Below are positions 41,091-55,290 of a stretch of 64,000 bases of DNA, piece by piece. This stretch comes from Chrysomallon squamiferum (lineage: Eukaryota > Animalia > Mollusca), in assembly GCA_012295275.1 (NCBI GenBank), contig CM022674.1:15314001-15378000 (forward strand). The letters run 5' to 3'. The notes under the pieces were generated by a model. The model worked only from the letters and a program-made list of their open reading frames with translations, made no database searches and was not told where the DNA came from. Position 1 is the first letter of the stretch; each line of letters begins with the position of its first letter. Made by a program: the position numbers and the translations under genes.

Positions 41091-42629
41091 TTTTGTCATG
41101 TAGTCTTAATTAAGAACAAAATATAGCATGAAAAAGAGTAAAGTTGCACTTTTGCATAAATTTGTATTCTAATTTTTGAATGCAAGCATTGGCAGAAACA
41201 AATAAAATAAAATGCAGCTATCCATTCTTCATGCATGCCACGATGTCACACCTGTTATGGAAAATGATATCATCTTATTGTAATACCTTTTACATTAACA
41301 AAATATAGATTGCTATAATTTGAAATAATAAATAATTTATTTTAGATCATTTGTTCAGCATTAGATACAAGTATTCGACATGTATGTTCCCATTAAATAA
41401 ATAATCAATGATAGATATTTATTCAGTATATAGTTACTAAGTAAATCATCAGTGACAGATATTTCATCGGCATAAACTCATTAAATAGATAATCAATGAT
41501 CGATATTTAAACAGTATGTTCTCGTTAAATAAGTTATCAGTGATAGATATTTAACCAGTATCTGGTTAAATAGATAATCAGGGATAGGTATTTAATCCAC
41601 ATTTACTCATTAAATAAATGATCGAGAGTTAGTATATTTTAACACTTATTTAATTAATATTTTCTAGAACTAATTAAATAAATGATTGATTTACAATTGC
41701 AAACAGTAGATATTTCGTTTGCTTCAGTAGTTGTGGAAACAAGAAACTAGCAATAGAAGATTTATCAAATCGTAAAAAAAAAGAAAGAAAAAAAATTCTT
41801 ATTAACTGGTATCCAAATATTGATGATAGAAAATTTATCAGTAGTTTTGTGAAATAAATATTTACCATCCATTTATTGCGGAATGAAAATTAATCACTAT
41901 ACTGGAACAGCGATATGCAAAAAATATGTTTGACCACTAGTATCGTAGAAAAGCAATCAAATACTGTAGTTCAGTTACTATAAAATAAATTGCAACGAAA
42001 ACAAAACATTAAATCTAGCTGAGCAGTAAGCAATAATATTTTTAATTATTACGAATCTTAAGAGGCTAAAATTTCAGTTTTTTTTTTTTTTTTTTTTTTT
42101 TGCAGCATGAGAAAAGTAATGTTGATGAACAGGGATGAAGAAGGAGATATTAATGAAAGATTTCTCTTTCATGGAACTAGTGGTGACATCAATGTCATAC
42201 GTGGAATCTGCCACAACAACATCGATTTCAGGCTGAACGGTAAACGTGGAACATTGTACGGAAAGGGGGCTTATTTTGCCCGTGATGCCAAATACAGCCA
42301 CTGGTACACCTCAGGCTCACTTTGCTTCATGTTCATTTCAAAGGTTCTTGTAGGCTATTATGCAAAAGTGAAAGTTCCTACTGCCGGCCTCCTCCTAGGA
42401 AAGGACATGTTCTTTATGATTCCTGTGTCGATGATGTAAATAATCCATCAGTTTTTGTAATCTTTGACACTTCCCAGATTTACCCAATGTTTCTAATTGG
42501 ATATTCTGTGAAGAGCACACCAGAATTTTGTTCATCAGTTTCCTCAGTATCGTCTATTCCGATCAGAAGTTCTCAAGTACCCAATGTATATTGGAATCAA
42601 TTCCTCCCTCCATTCCTTCATCCACCGTT

Positions 42630-43100
42630 CCCTCCACCACTCTTTCACAGTTCTGCATCCACAGCAGTTGCTTCCAAAACTTTACCACTCTTTCACAGTT
42701 CTACTTCTACAGCAGTTGCTTCCAACACTTTACCATTCTTTCACAGTTCGACTTTTGCAGCAAATCCTTCCAACACTTTACCACTCTTTCACAGTTCTAC
42801 TTCTACAGCAGATGCTTCCAACACTTTATCATTCTTTCACAGTTCTACTTCTACAGCAGATGCTTCCAACACTTTACCACTCTTTCACAGTTCTACTTCT
42901 ACAGCAGATGCTTCCAACACTTTACCATTCTTTCACAGTTCTACTTCTACAGCAGATGCTTCCAACATTCCACCAATATTTCACAGTTCTAGTTCTTCAG
43001 CCAATACTTCCAACATTCCACCATTCTTTCACAGTTCTGCTTCTACAGCAGATGCTTCCAACATTCCACCAATATTTCACAGTCCTACTTCTATAGTAAA
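42630..43100 (+). repeat. 48-bp coding tandem repeat (16 aa, FHSSTSTADASNTLPL) at the PARP copy C C-terminus
   Basis: About 10 units visible in ORF 42322-43128. Confidence 0.9.
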
Positions 43101-43259
43101 TATTTCACCAAGTTCAACTTCTACATAAACAGCTTTCACATCAATGTGATGTGTGCTTCAAATACCTTTATATCTATCAATATTTATTACTGGAAAATGC
43201 ATATTTAGCATATGTTTTGTTAACGATAATAATAATATTAGTATTAATTTTAATGGTAA

Positions 43260-43600
43260 CAAGTGGACAATGTGTAGGTAGCAGTAGGACACAAATAATT
43301 ACATTACACAGGTGTATGAGTCAGAAGGATACACAAAGGATTACAATACACTGGTATATGGGTCAGTAGTATACACAAAAAATTGCATTACATAGATATA
43401 TGGGTCAATATAATACATAAAGAATTACATTACACAGGTGTATGGGTCACTAGTGTATACAAATAATTGCATTACAGGGGTGTGTAGGTCTGTGGTATAC
43501 ATAGGTGATGACATTACGTAGATCGTTTACGTAGATATATTAAGGTTTACATTTCAGTGGTGCATGGGTAATTAGGATATACCAAAACATTATATTACAG
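43260..43600. repeat. ~42-bp minisatellite, reverse orientation of the 5520-5720 family
   Basis: attacattacacaggtgtatgggtcagtagtatacacaaag-like units. Confidence 0.7.
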
Positions 43601-44890
43601 GGATTATGATCTCAGCCGAATGTACTTATCATGTAGAATTATATAATAGATGTCAGATAGCTTGATACATGGTATCAAAAGCCCTAAGTCACTTCTTATA
43701 GTACCCTTTACATTATTTATCTTCTTCGTCATGGCACACACACACACACACACACACGCAGTTTTTAATAACTGAGGGCCCTCTTTTTTTCTCTCTCAAA
43801 CACTTATCGTGTAGGAGACAGGATTGTTAATAATTTCTTGATATTTAATATTCGAGTTTTGTGTAATTTCCATATCCAACAAATACTAATTGGAAAATAT
43901 ATACAATGTTAACTAGGAAATGTTTTCCCATTTCAGATATATCATACAAAAATTGATTACAAATACTTTTATTATTTCACGAATTGATTTCTTTAAAACA
44001 AGCATAAACAACAAGATACTGTAACTGGAAAAGCGAACTGACTCAATTCAATGAAAATACACACACTTCACACCTTTAGTTTAGTCATTTCAGAAATGCA
44101 AAATAATAATGTTTGAAACTGTCCACATTTCATTGTTTAAATGTGGTCTATGTCTAAATTATTATGAGCAGTTTCAAGTCTAAACATCTCAGCACAGACC
44201 CTGAAACATCTAATCATCAGATTCTAGTATTACCCCCATTGTTTAATCTTATGTAAATCTGTTGTTATTTTTAACACTTGGACATCTATCCCTCCTGTCC
44301 TTATCCTCATAGAATCAGTGAACCCCAAAGTTTGCTTTCAAAAGAAACTGTGGCAAATGTTGTGTGGTCACTTGTAACAGAATATGTAATTATTATTTAA
44401 CTATGTTCAAATAATTAGTTATAGAAACTAATATTTTAATTAATGAATCAAACAAGTGAGGTAAGGTTCAGCTTTCTTTTTCTGGATCACTGGATTATTA
44501 CTAATCAGTGAGTTTATATTAAAGTTTTTGTATGTGGTGTCCTGTGAACATAGAACACTCTTTCTTTTTATCAACAGTTTAGTCATTTTCGGTGTCTTTA
44601 AACGTTGTTAAATACTTATGGATAAAAATGTTGGTGTTTTTTTGTTTTTCTTTGTTGTTGTGTAGTGGGATTTGTTTATGGTATTTTTGTTCTTGTTTTT
44701 TTCTTGAGCAAGTCATTAAATAGTTCCTTGTTTTTAATAATAAAAATTGCAATAAATAAATAGAATAAATTAAATGAAATGAAATAAAAATGTACGGGCG
44801 GTAAAATAAAATAAAATCGTATCTGAAATCTGCTGTTTTCATCTTTTATTTCAATACTAAGTACATTCTACGCTTACCGAACAGCAACCA

Positions 44891-45752
44891 TTAATACAAA
44901 GGAGTCCCAAAAATATAGTCCGCACTTTGCGGACATTTTGGATCACTCTCACCTAATGACTGACTTCTCATCCTCATGTTATCAATATCGAGAGATTTGA
45001 ACACCTGGCGGTGATACGATTTGGGATCGGAGACCATCTTCAAAAACAGATTTCTCCGCAGTCGTGCTCTTTGTAGATTGCATCTCTGATTGTCGAATAT
45101 CATCTCATTATCGAACTCGGGGAAAACCTCGTCTTCAGAATCACTCAAACTCTCTTCAAGAACTTCCTTCTCAGCTTGTCGGGTGCTGTCGCGACTGTGT
45201 AACAATAGCTCTGACGTCATCTCCACTATGACGTCCCAAGCATAGGTGATATCTTTGTCGCAGACTCTTTCAGCACAAATGGCGAACCGAATAACGAAGT
45301 GTTCGTTGATTAAAGCTGGTACCATGTGTAGCTTCCGGGATTCATTGATCATGCGCAGTAATCTCTAAGATAAACAGTTAGTCCCCTTTGAAAATAAATA
45401 ATGTTTGGGTAATTGCAGATTCTTTTAAATAATGTATATACATTTTATGTTTTATTTTTTATCCTTACTATTTTATTCATATTTTTTGTAATTGTTTTTG
45501 GTTTTTTGTTATTATTGTTACTTATGTTACATTTGTTGTATTGCGCTAAAATAAATAAATATCTCATTCTAGCGAACATTAATTATAATTTAAATCTGAC
45601 CTTAAGACGGAAACAAACGAGGCCCATGGTAACTTCTCCGAGTATTTCAAACCGATCATCTTTTTCTACCAGACTTTCTTTCAAACAGCTTCGCCAGACG
45701 AACGTGCTGAATAATGTTAATATATATATCTGATTACGAGAGAGATTGTTTT

Positions 45753-45822
<70 letters not shown>

Positions 45823-46896
45823 TGAAAAATCAATACTGCCTCATTTACATTTAATTTCTTTAGGGGTCGGGGGACCTAGCCTGTCAGCCAGACCCGGAGC
45901 TTTTCATGATTAGTATTGATATTGTGAAGATAGTCAATGTATTTTTTAACACAGAGTATTAATATTTTAAACAAAGCTTCAAAAAAATAATAATAATACA
46001 GATAAAAACACGGATAAATAAATGGAAACAACTGAAACGACTTTGTATTACTTGTCAGTACATAATATGCACAACATTTACTTGTACATATTTAAATATA
46101 AATCATATGTGCTCGGCCAGAATTAATTAATTACATATTTTATTGAAATGGAGCCTACATGTCCCATTTGATGTAGTGCTACGTAATTTAAAACACCAAA
46201 TAACGAACAATAAACTTATGAAAAATATAAAAAGAAAAAACCATCCAAGTTGTGAATTATGTTTCCTAAACTCAGTTTTGATATTATTAAAGATTTAAAG
46301 ACAAATATAATATAATTTACCCGCTTTATAAGTTAATTTGTTTCATTAATCATAATTTTTCTGATGTTATTATTTTTGGATCATCATTACTATTTCATAA
46401 TGTTCATGTTACTAACGCGATTCGTTTCATCAAGAACGAGAACTCTGCTATGTCACCAAATACGACTGTGAGACTTATCTCCCTTATACGATGCTGAAGC
46501 CCTTCAACGCCGTAGGTTCGTAAAACGAACCAAAGTTTCAGAGATCGAAACCGCCTGCTTAAAGGTATTCCCCAGTGCTGATAAATGAACAAATTATTAA
46601 TCAATTAATTGTCTGATGACTATATTGAACACTTACGACCCTAAGTAAACATCAGGTATAGATATATGGATATATGGATTCTTTTCCGGCTGGCTTTGAC
46701 GGAAAACAACCCAGGTAGTGAAATGATCGTACGATTTCGTTAATCTCTCTCAGCATAAATAACGATGAAAAATCTATATAGATTAATTAATTAATATTCA
46801 CTTACTCTGAAGTCAGTTGCTTCGTCTTCATGTTTATGTTGTAGATAGAGTGGATCAACAGTTAGAGCTCCCGATAACGTGTCCTGTTCTCTCATC
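44891..46896 (-). pseudogene. Tdc-like copy 4 (last four exons; lacks the PLP-lysine exon)
   Basis: Exons 46896-46806, 46577-46479 (donor GT>AT), 45706-45601 (4-nt gaaa duplication) and 45385-44891 (TAG at 45367-45365; full tail ...DYIFGTPLY). Homology to copy 1 stops at ~46975. Confidence 0.9.
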
Positions 46897-48046
46897 CTGC
46901 AATAAATATATACATAGACAAACAAACAGTGATACGGACAGATAGACTGACAGATACATAGAGATAGACAAAAGAGTCCAGGAAATAGAGTCAAGACCAC
47001 TCAGAAGTTAAATGTACAGAGTCACTGAAATGCTGGATCAAGATGGAAGGATATAAAAAGTTGCTTTTGAATGGGGTTGAACATCAGTCAGACAATGCCA
47101 GAAATGACCATCATCGAGTGAGGATGATGATCAAAATCAATTTTTGGCAAATTATATAACAGCATCAGATCATGCACAAAACGTAGCAAAGGGCCTTGCT
47201 GACACCGGGTCAGCGTACAACAACATGTATAAATAGAAATCCATATAACCTCGCAGCAATAACAAACGTGCAGGTCAAAGATGAGAAATTTATTCCATTT
47301 ACATAATGATGATATTTTGATCAGACTTAGTGTTACATTAACGTTACAGAAAATTAGAGACGTAAGAAGTGTTTTGAGTCACAAAAATACCTAATAACGT
47401 GGAATTCCAACACGATAAGTATAATAGATTAAGGCAGCAATAAGTCTAGCTGATCTGTGATTTATCTTCAAAGAGCCGACTGCTATGCTCATGGCAAATA
47501 CTGAAATGATATCCACTTCAAACACAAGTATTTTAGTTTACTTTTTCTTTCTTTCTTTCTTTCTTTCTTTTTTTTTTTTTTTTGGTTTGTTTGTTTGTTT
47601 GTTTTGTTTTTTGTTCTTTTGTGTTTTTTGTTTATGATATTTGTAGATTATACTTTATAACATTATTTCTCTTTGTTTAGACTCACGGAACTTGGAAAAT
47701 TCCCCAGAGAGACGTCGGACATTAATATATGGGAAACACTGTCACTGTGGTCAGGTGTGTGGGATGTTACCTGTGTGACTGGGGTGAAAGAGAGTTCAAG
47801 AAAGAAGCGAGAATATCTGGCAAGAGAGAAAGACGTTTTGGCCAATTCTCTGCATTACAATTACGATACTATCATCTATAATGATCTACTATAATTGTCT
47901 ATCATGTACAATCCTCAAGAGACATTAAATATACAATCGAGATCTAACTTGTACAGTTTTTGTGTTAGGATGCATAACGATGACGATTATGATGGTGATA
48001 GCAGTAGTAGTAGCAGTAGAAGTAGTAGTAGTAGTAGTAATAGTAC

Positions 48047-48088
<42 letters not shown>

Positions 48089-49701
48089 AAGAATAGGAGA
48101 AGTGCTGGTAAAAAAGATCATCATAATAATAAAACTGATGATAACGACGACGATAATGATTATGATGACGATGATGATGATGAAGACGAAAAATAAGAAG
48201 AAATAAACAAGAAATTTGAAAACAAAATGAACATAAAACTATCAGCAACATCACTGCACGAAAAAATAATTACAAACATTTTGAAGTAAGTCTTCAGTAT
48301 TTTAATTTAATTATAAAGCTAAAATGCCAGTTATAAAAATATTAAGCTGTGTGATGTGATTATTAGCTGCATATGACAATCTAGAAAAACTAGAATAAAC
48401 TAAATACAATATTTTCATTATTTTATAGTACGTATTCTCCGCTATATGGTGTATTTTTTGTGTATGTATAGGTAGTTTTGTGTATATGCGTCTGTCTGTC
48501 TCTATCCATCTACCTACCTACCTGTCTGTCTGTGTGTCTGCCTGCCTATCTCCACGTACAACTGTCTGTCTGTGAACACTATATGTTTGTACATATACAT
48601 TATTTCATTACGTTATTGTCTCTTTCTCTTTCTCTATGTATATACTCAGTTTACTTGTAACTATAGCTATGTATGTACAAATGCATTGGTGTATTATTAT
48701 TTGTATGACGCATACGTAATACAGTTTCTCTCTTTCTCTCTCTACATATTTATCACAAAGGTGTATGTTAAAATACTAATTTATTCTGATTATTTTGTTA
48801 TTTCTAAGTGTTCAGTTACTTGTACTTGACAATAAACTAAATATGTTCAGTAAACACACTCCACTGCTCATCTACATAACGACAGCTGCGCGTACGCGTG
48901 GCTGTGTACTGAGATAGCGCAGATATGTTACAATGACGTCACAACATAGAAAGTAGTCATAACATGAAAAAGTGAAATATTTATATGTAATTACTGTAGG
49001 CTTTTAACATATAGTGTTGTCGTCGTCGTTGTTGTTGTTGTTTGTATTATTATTTGTATTATTATTATTATTATTAGTAGTAGTAGTAGTAGTAGTAGTA
49101 TTGATGTTGTTATTGTTGTTGTCTACTTTTAGCTCGATGATATTACCGATGACGATGGTGATGATGATAATCATAACAATAAACTAATATAATATTCACC
49201 ATCAACATACACATAATATGTATAACCATTCATTTAGAAAGAGATGCAAACATATCCATCCATCCATACATACATACATGCATGGAAACATGCATACATA
49301 CTGGGATACGTGAATAATCATTTTTTTGTTTTTGTTGTTGTCTCGATAGCGGAACGGTAACATCGTCCGCCTTCCGAGTACGGGCGAATGGGTGTCATAC
49401 GTTCCAGTTTCCTCAGCGGCATCTGACGCAGTTTGTGACGTCGTGACCGGACTTTGTTTCCTGAGCCAGTGCGTAACCGAATATTCTCTATGTGCAGAGT
49501 CTAATCAGATGTACATAAGACAGAAAATATTCAAATCATAAAATACATACATGTATACATTCACATACAAACATAAATAATGTGTAAATACATGGACATA
49601 TTTATAAATATAATTTATTTTCTAATTTAACACAGATGTTAACATTTCAAAGCTGGAGTTATTGAAGACAAAATTTAAATAGAATAATAAAAACTACTTA
49701 C

Positions 49702-50067
49702 AATGTACGGAAGATGGTTGCTGCAAGCACAGATGGTGAACACACACATTAACAATCGACAAAGATCGTAGGAAAACGTCTGTTCGTTGTATTTCAAATG
49801 TGCCGTCTGATTCACTCCGTTGTTTGCCACCGACGACGTCGACGGCAACAGCATGGTATCCAGGGTGCATATGAAACAGATAAACAGAGCGAAACACGTG
49901 AGAATAACAAAAAACACTGCAAACCCGTCACCCAGTTTGTACGGAAGGAATCTGCAATGGTCCACACTTGCAAAGCTGCCGTTGGCGGCTTCTATAGATG
50001 GTAAGATCCCTGCTAGAGTTGCCAGAAACCAAATCCCTAAGAGTACGAACTTGACAACTTAGGTGGT
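49702..50067 (-). pseudogene. Rhodopsin-like GPCR fragment (TM4-ECL2-TM5-TM6), probably decayed
   Basis: VVKFVLLGIWFLATLAGILP (TM4 Trp/Pro)...VDHCRF (ECL2 Cys)...GFAVFFVILTCFALFICFI...LLMCVFTICACSNHLPYI, ending at a gtaagt donor. A TAA lies just after the apparent acceptor. Possible flanking exons at ~50179-50360 and ~49330-49500. Confidence 0.5.
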
Positions 50068-50893
50068 CTAAATTGACTCTTAACAAGATTCAAAGCACTA
50101 GATCCAACTTTGAAAAACTGTTTTTGTAGAAATAGAAACTGTTTCTTTTGAATTTTAAAATACAGTATTAACAATTACCTGTTTCATTTAAAAGCGGCCA
50201 TGCTTTGTGGATGCGAGGAAAAGCTATCGATCGTGTGCTCAGGTGCGCGCGCTGTGCAAGCCTAGTAGCTGTCAAAATATGTTACCCTGACGTTGATCGC
50301 AAGAATTATATTGGTCGTTTGCTTCGTTTATATTCACCGAAATTTGTTTAGTTACTTCTTAATTTGGCCTACTTTAAACCACTGTGATAAAAAAAAAATA
50401 ATACTGTCATAAAGATATTTAGGTAACTAAAGATAATATTGTATAATAATACTATATAATAATAATAATAATAATAATAAAAGGGACAACAACAATAAAT
50501 TATAATACCAGGAACGAAAACAAAGGTGATAATTGTTATTAATACCCACTGCAATAACTGTTATTTGGTTGGTTTATTAGTAGACAACATAAATATATGT
50601 ATGTTAACCACATCAAATAATTATTTCACATTTCATGTAGTTTGTTAGCTAACGTTGTTATGTACAGTGTTTAAGTATATTCATTTGTTCGTAAAGATTA
50701 TATCATAATAAATTATCCGCAGGAATATCTTGAAATATCCAGTCTGGTGATCATCCAAACAACATAGATTTTCCCACTGTTATAGCCGAAACTCAGGTAT
50801 TAAATTCCCCTAAATATCTCCACATTAATGAGAATAAGTTTTGTTAACATTTAGTTCTGATCCTGTCAGTGAGACAGAGCAGTATGTGCCCTA

Positions 50894-52275
<1,382 letters not shown>

Positions 52276-52627
52276 CTGAAAGTATAAAACAACAAAATAG
52301 TTTAACATATAATTTCAATATTTATATTTGTCCATTAAATTCTGGCAACTGTTTTTTTTTTTTTTTTTTTTTTTTTTTTTGATATATTCTTTACATTTTT
52401 GTTCTGCCATATATCATCCAAGAATAAGAAAGACTTTTACGTTAAATTGTTTTGGAATTTCTTTAAATGTATGGTGATTTATGTATAGAGAGATTTCAAC
52501 ATACCAGAAAAACCCAATTTTTAAATTAAATCTGATATAGGAATTCTAGGATTATTATTGTTATTATTATTGTTATTGATGTTGTTATTATAGATATTAA
52601 TCTTATCATTATTACTATTATTATCAC

Positions 52628-52673
<46 letters not shown>

Positions 52674-53919
52674 GATTACGGAAGAAAAAGCATGTTTGTG
52701 AGCCACCTCTGTCACCCGTTCTGACCACCATTGATGTTTTCTCAGTTAAAATGTGGAGCAGTAAGAAAGTAAAAACCTGGTTAATGAAAAACAATACTAC
52801 AAAGTAATCTTCTTAGAAGCAGGAACTGGATATTAGGTTTTCAAATTTATTTTTTTGATGATAATAACAAAGTACATAAATATGCTTAATGTAATTTCGA
52901 GATATTGTTTTAATTTGTTAAGAGAAACCACACTTTGCTGACAATAAATATTTTAAGCTGGTATTATACTGTTGTAAAAATATAGTTTAAGCACATTTTT
53001 TGTGGAACCAAATGATTATTTAATTTAAAAAATGAAATCACTGACCTTTGTTAATAATAAATTATGATATCAGAAATATAATTATGTTCTTTACGAATAT
53101 TATCGCCTTTATTGTGATGTCATGCACTGACTGTGCAAAGAAAAAAACGCTTTCTAGACTAAAGATATGACCACCTTTTAATGGTTTATTCAGTCAAGTT
53201 TTATTTAGATATTTTAACAAAACAGTGTAAGCATGTTAGAAGATTGATTAAACAGACAGTGTAGTAATTTTACATCTCTATAATTAATTCTGAATAAAAG
53301 TTAATGCAGAGGTTTGTTCTAAGAACCTGTTAGATGAAATATGTGGATTAATCATAATAGCACTGTTGAAATGTGAATGTTTGCGTGTGTGTGCGTTTCT
53401 TGAGAGCATACGCATGTGTGTGTTTTCTTTCTTTGAATATTTCGCTCATATTTTTTTTTCTGGGGATTTTATACATTTTATTTTAGTGAAAGTCTTCACA
53501 CTTTGTCAGGAAAGGAAGTGATCTTTTTTAAATAAGTAAAACAGCAGCTAAAACACACTGAACCTTTTTTTCAATAATTTAATATTAGTCCAGTGATAAG
53601 AATTTTTTAGCTTCATCCTTGCAGAATGGTTCATGGTTGATTGTAGTAAGTTAGGAAATTTAACAAAATATATAGTGTCTTAGGAAAAAGCCAGAATGTT
53701 GTTTTTTTTCTACTTGTTTTTCTTATTATTCTGTGACTACCTGTTTTAGTAATTTTATTTTGAAATTGAAATATTATCTTTATTTCAGGCAGCTGAGTTT
53801 TATTACCAGACTTTGAAAACAGAACTAAAACTGAAGTCTATAAATAGCATCATGGAACTGACTTTTTTTTTTTTTTTCTTTTTTTTTTTTTTTTCATGTA
53901 TTTTTTTAACAGTTTCTTC

Positions 53920-54553
53920 TCTGTATAACAAAAAGTTTGGATTTTTAGGAATACACTTATTAGTTAAAATAGCTTTTGCTATAGCACAAACATGTACCCC
54001 ACAGTTACTTCTATCAATCTGTCTGGCATTTCAGAGTAATTAACAAAAGTCCGTCTGGTTGATCTCTGTCACCATTAACTAAAATCTTCTGACCAAACCA
54101 ATCACAATCTACTATATGAATATGTTGATTTCTCAGATGTTTTTTTTTTTTTTTTTTTTAACAGACCTGAATACATTGATGAGGCTGCAATTCAGGCAGC
54201 TATCATGTAGAAGAATGTGGTTTTATGACAGTTATACAGTCAATGTGAGTGCTAACAAAATATACCAATGTTTGCATCGCTATTGGATGGTAATCAATGA
54301 AGTGTTCTCTTTGTCTCTCACTCAATTTTTTCATACTAAAACGTAATATCTTTAATGATACACTGTTTATTATACTCTTGTCGTCAAATGATAACAATGA
54401 TCTGCATGTTTGTAAATCTGTTACGTTTATGTCATTTACAGGTTTCATTTCACAATTCTTAATTTCCAAACTATCAACTTCACACAAAAACAAGAATCCA
54501 TTTTCCGTTCTTTTGTGCAACAGACGAATTAAGCCTGTATGATGGTCCATCAA
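53920..54553 (-). pseudogene. Ulp1/SENP (peptidase C48) catalytic-domain relic, intronless, possibly transposon-borne
   Basis: Minus-strand motifs in the expected order across frameshifts: INVTDLQTC...DDKSIIN, KHWYILL (His, 54265-54270), ILLHDS (Asp, ~54203) and RQIDRSNCGVHVCAIAKAI (Gln and Cys, 54001-54003). Confidence 0.65.
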
Positions 54554-54675
54554 GTTCTAGCAGTTTTCATGTCATGTAATGTTATTTGGTTCGTTTCTTT
54601 GTTGTCTAACATTTCTACAGTCTGATACTACTAAGACTTCGGTCAAACCAGGTTCTCTTCAGTTTTGTATAAATT

Positions 54676-55090
54676 TGCTTTCATGATATGTTTGCTGACT
54701 TCACTCAAACCCACGTACTGTTCACTGTTGTTACTTGCCTTCATGATATGTTTAGTGACTTCACTCAAACCCATGTACTGTTCACTGTTGTTACTTGCCT
54801 TCATGATATGTTTGCTGACTTCCTCATACCCACGTACTGTTCACTGTTGTTACTTGCCTTCGTGATATTTTGCTGACTTCACTCATACCCACGTACTGTT
54901 CACTGTTGTTACTGGCCTTCATAGCTTTAGTGACTTCACTTAAAAACCCAGGTACTGTTCACTGTTGTTACTGGCCTTCATAGCTTTAGTGACTTCACTT
55001 AAACCCAGGTACTGTTGACTATAGTTCCTTGTTATCATGATATGTTTAGTGATTTCACTCAAACCCAGGTACTGTTCACTATAGTTACTT
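54676..55090. repeat. 60-bp minisatellite (~7 copies, running into the gap)
   Basis: Unit tgccttcatgatatgtttgctgacttcactcaaacccacgtactgttcactgttgttact; tcatgatatg recurs at 54681, 54741 and 54801. Confidence 0.92.
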
Positions 55091-55290
55091 NNNNNNNNNN
55101 NNNNNNNNNNNNNNNNNNNNNNNNNNNNNNNNNNNNNNNNNNNNNNNNNNNNNNNNNNNNNNNNNNNNNNNNNNNNNNNNNNNNNNNNNNNNNNNNNNNN
55201 NNNNNNNNNNNNNNNNNNNNNNNNNNNNNNNNNNNNNNNNNNNNNNNNNNNNNNNNNNNNNNNNNNNNNNNNNNNNNNNNNNNNNNNNNN
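55091..55290. other. Assembly gap (200 N)
   Basis: Run of N. Confidence 1.

Noticed and set aside
46975-47470. Possible LINE reverse-transcriptase relic on the minus strand (LYMLLYAD) at the Tdc4 breakpoint
   Set aside because: Only one partial motif and no convincing flanking RT motifs by eye; needs a repeat-library search.
47663-47894. Exon-like block with overlapping short ORFs
   Set aside because: Could not be assigned a strand, family or link to the neighbouring GPCR relic.
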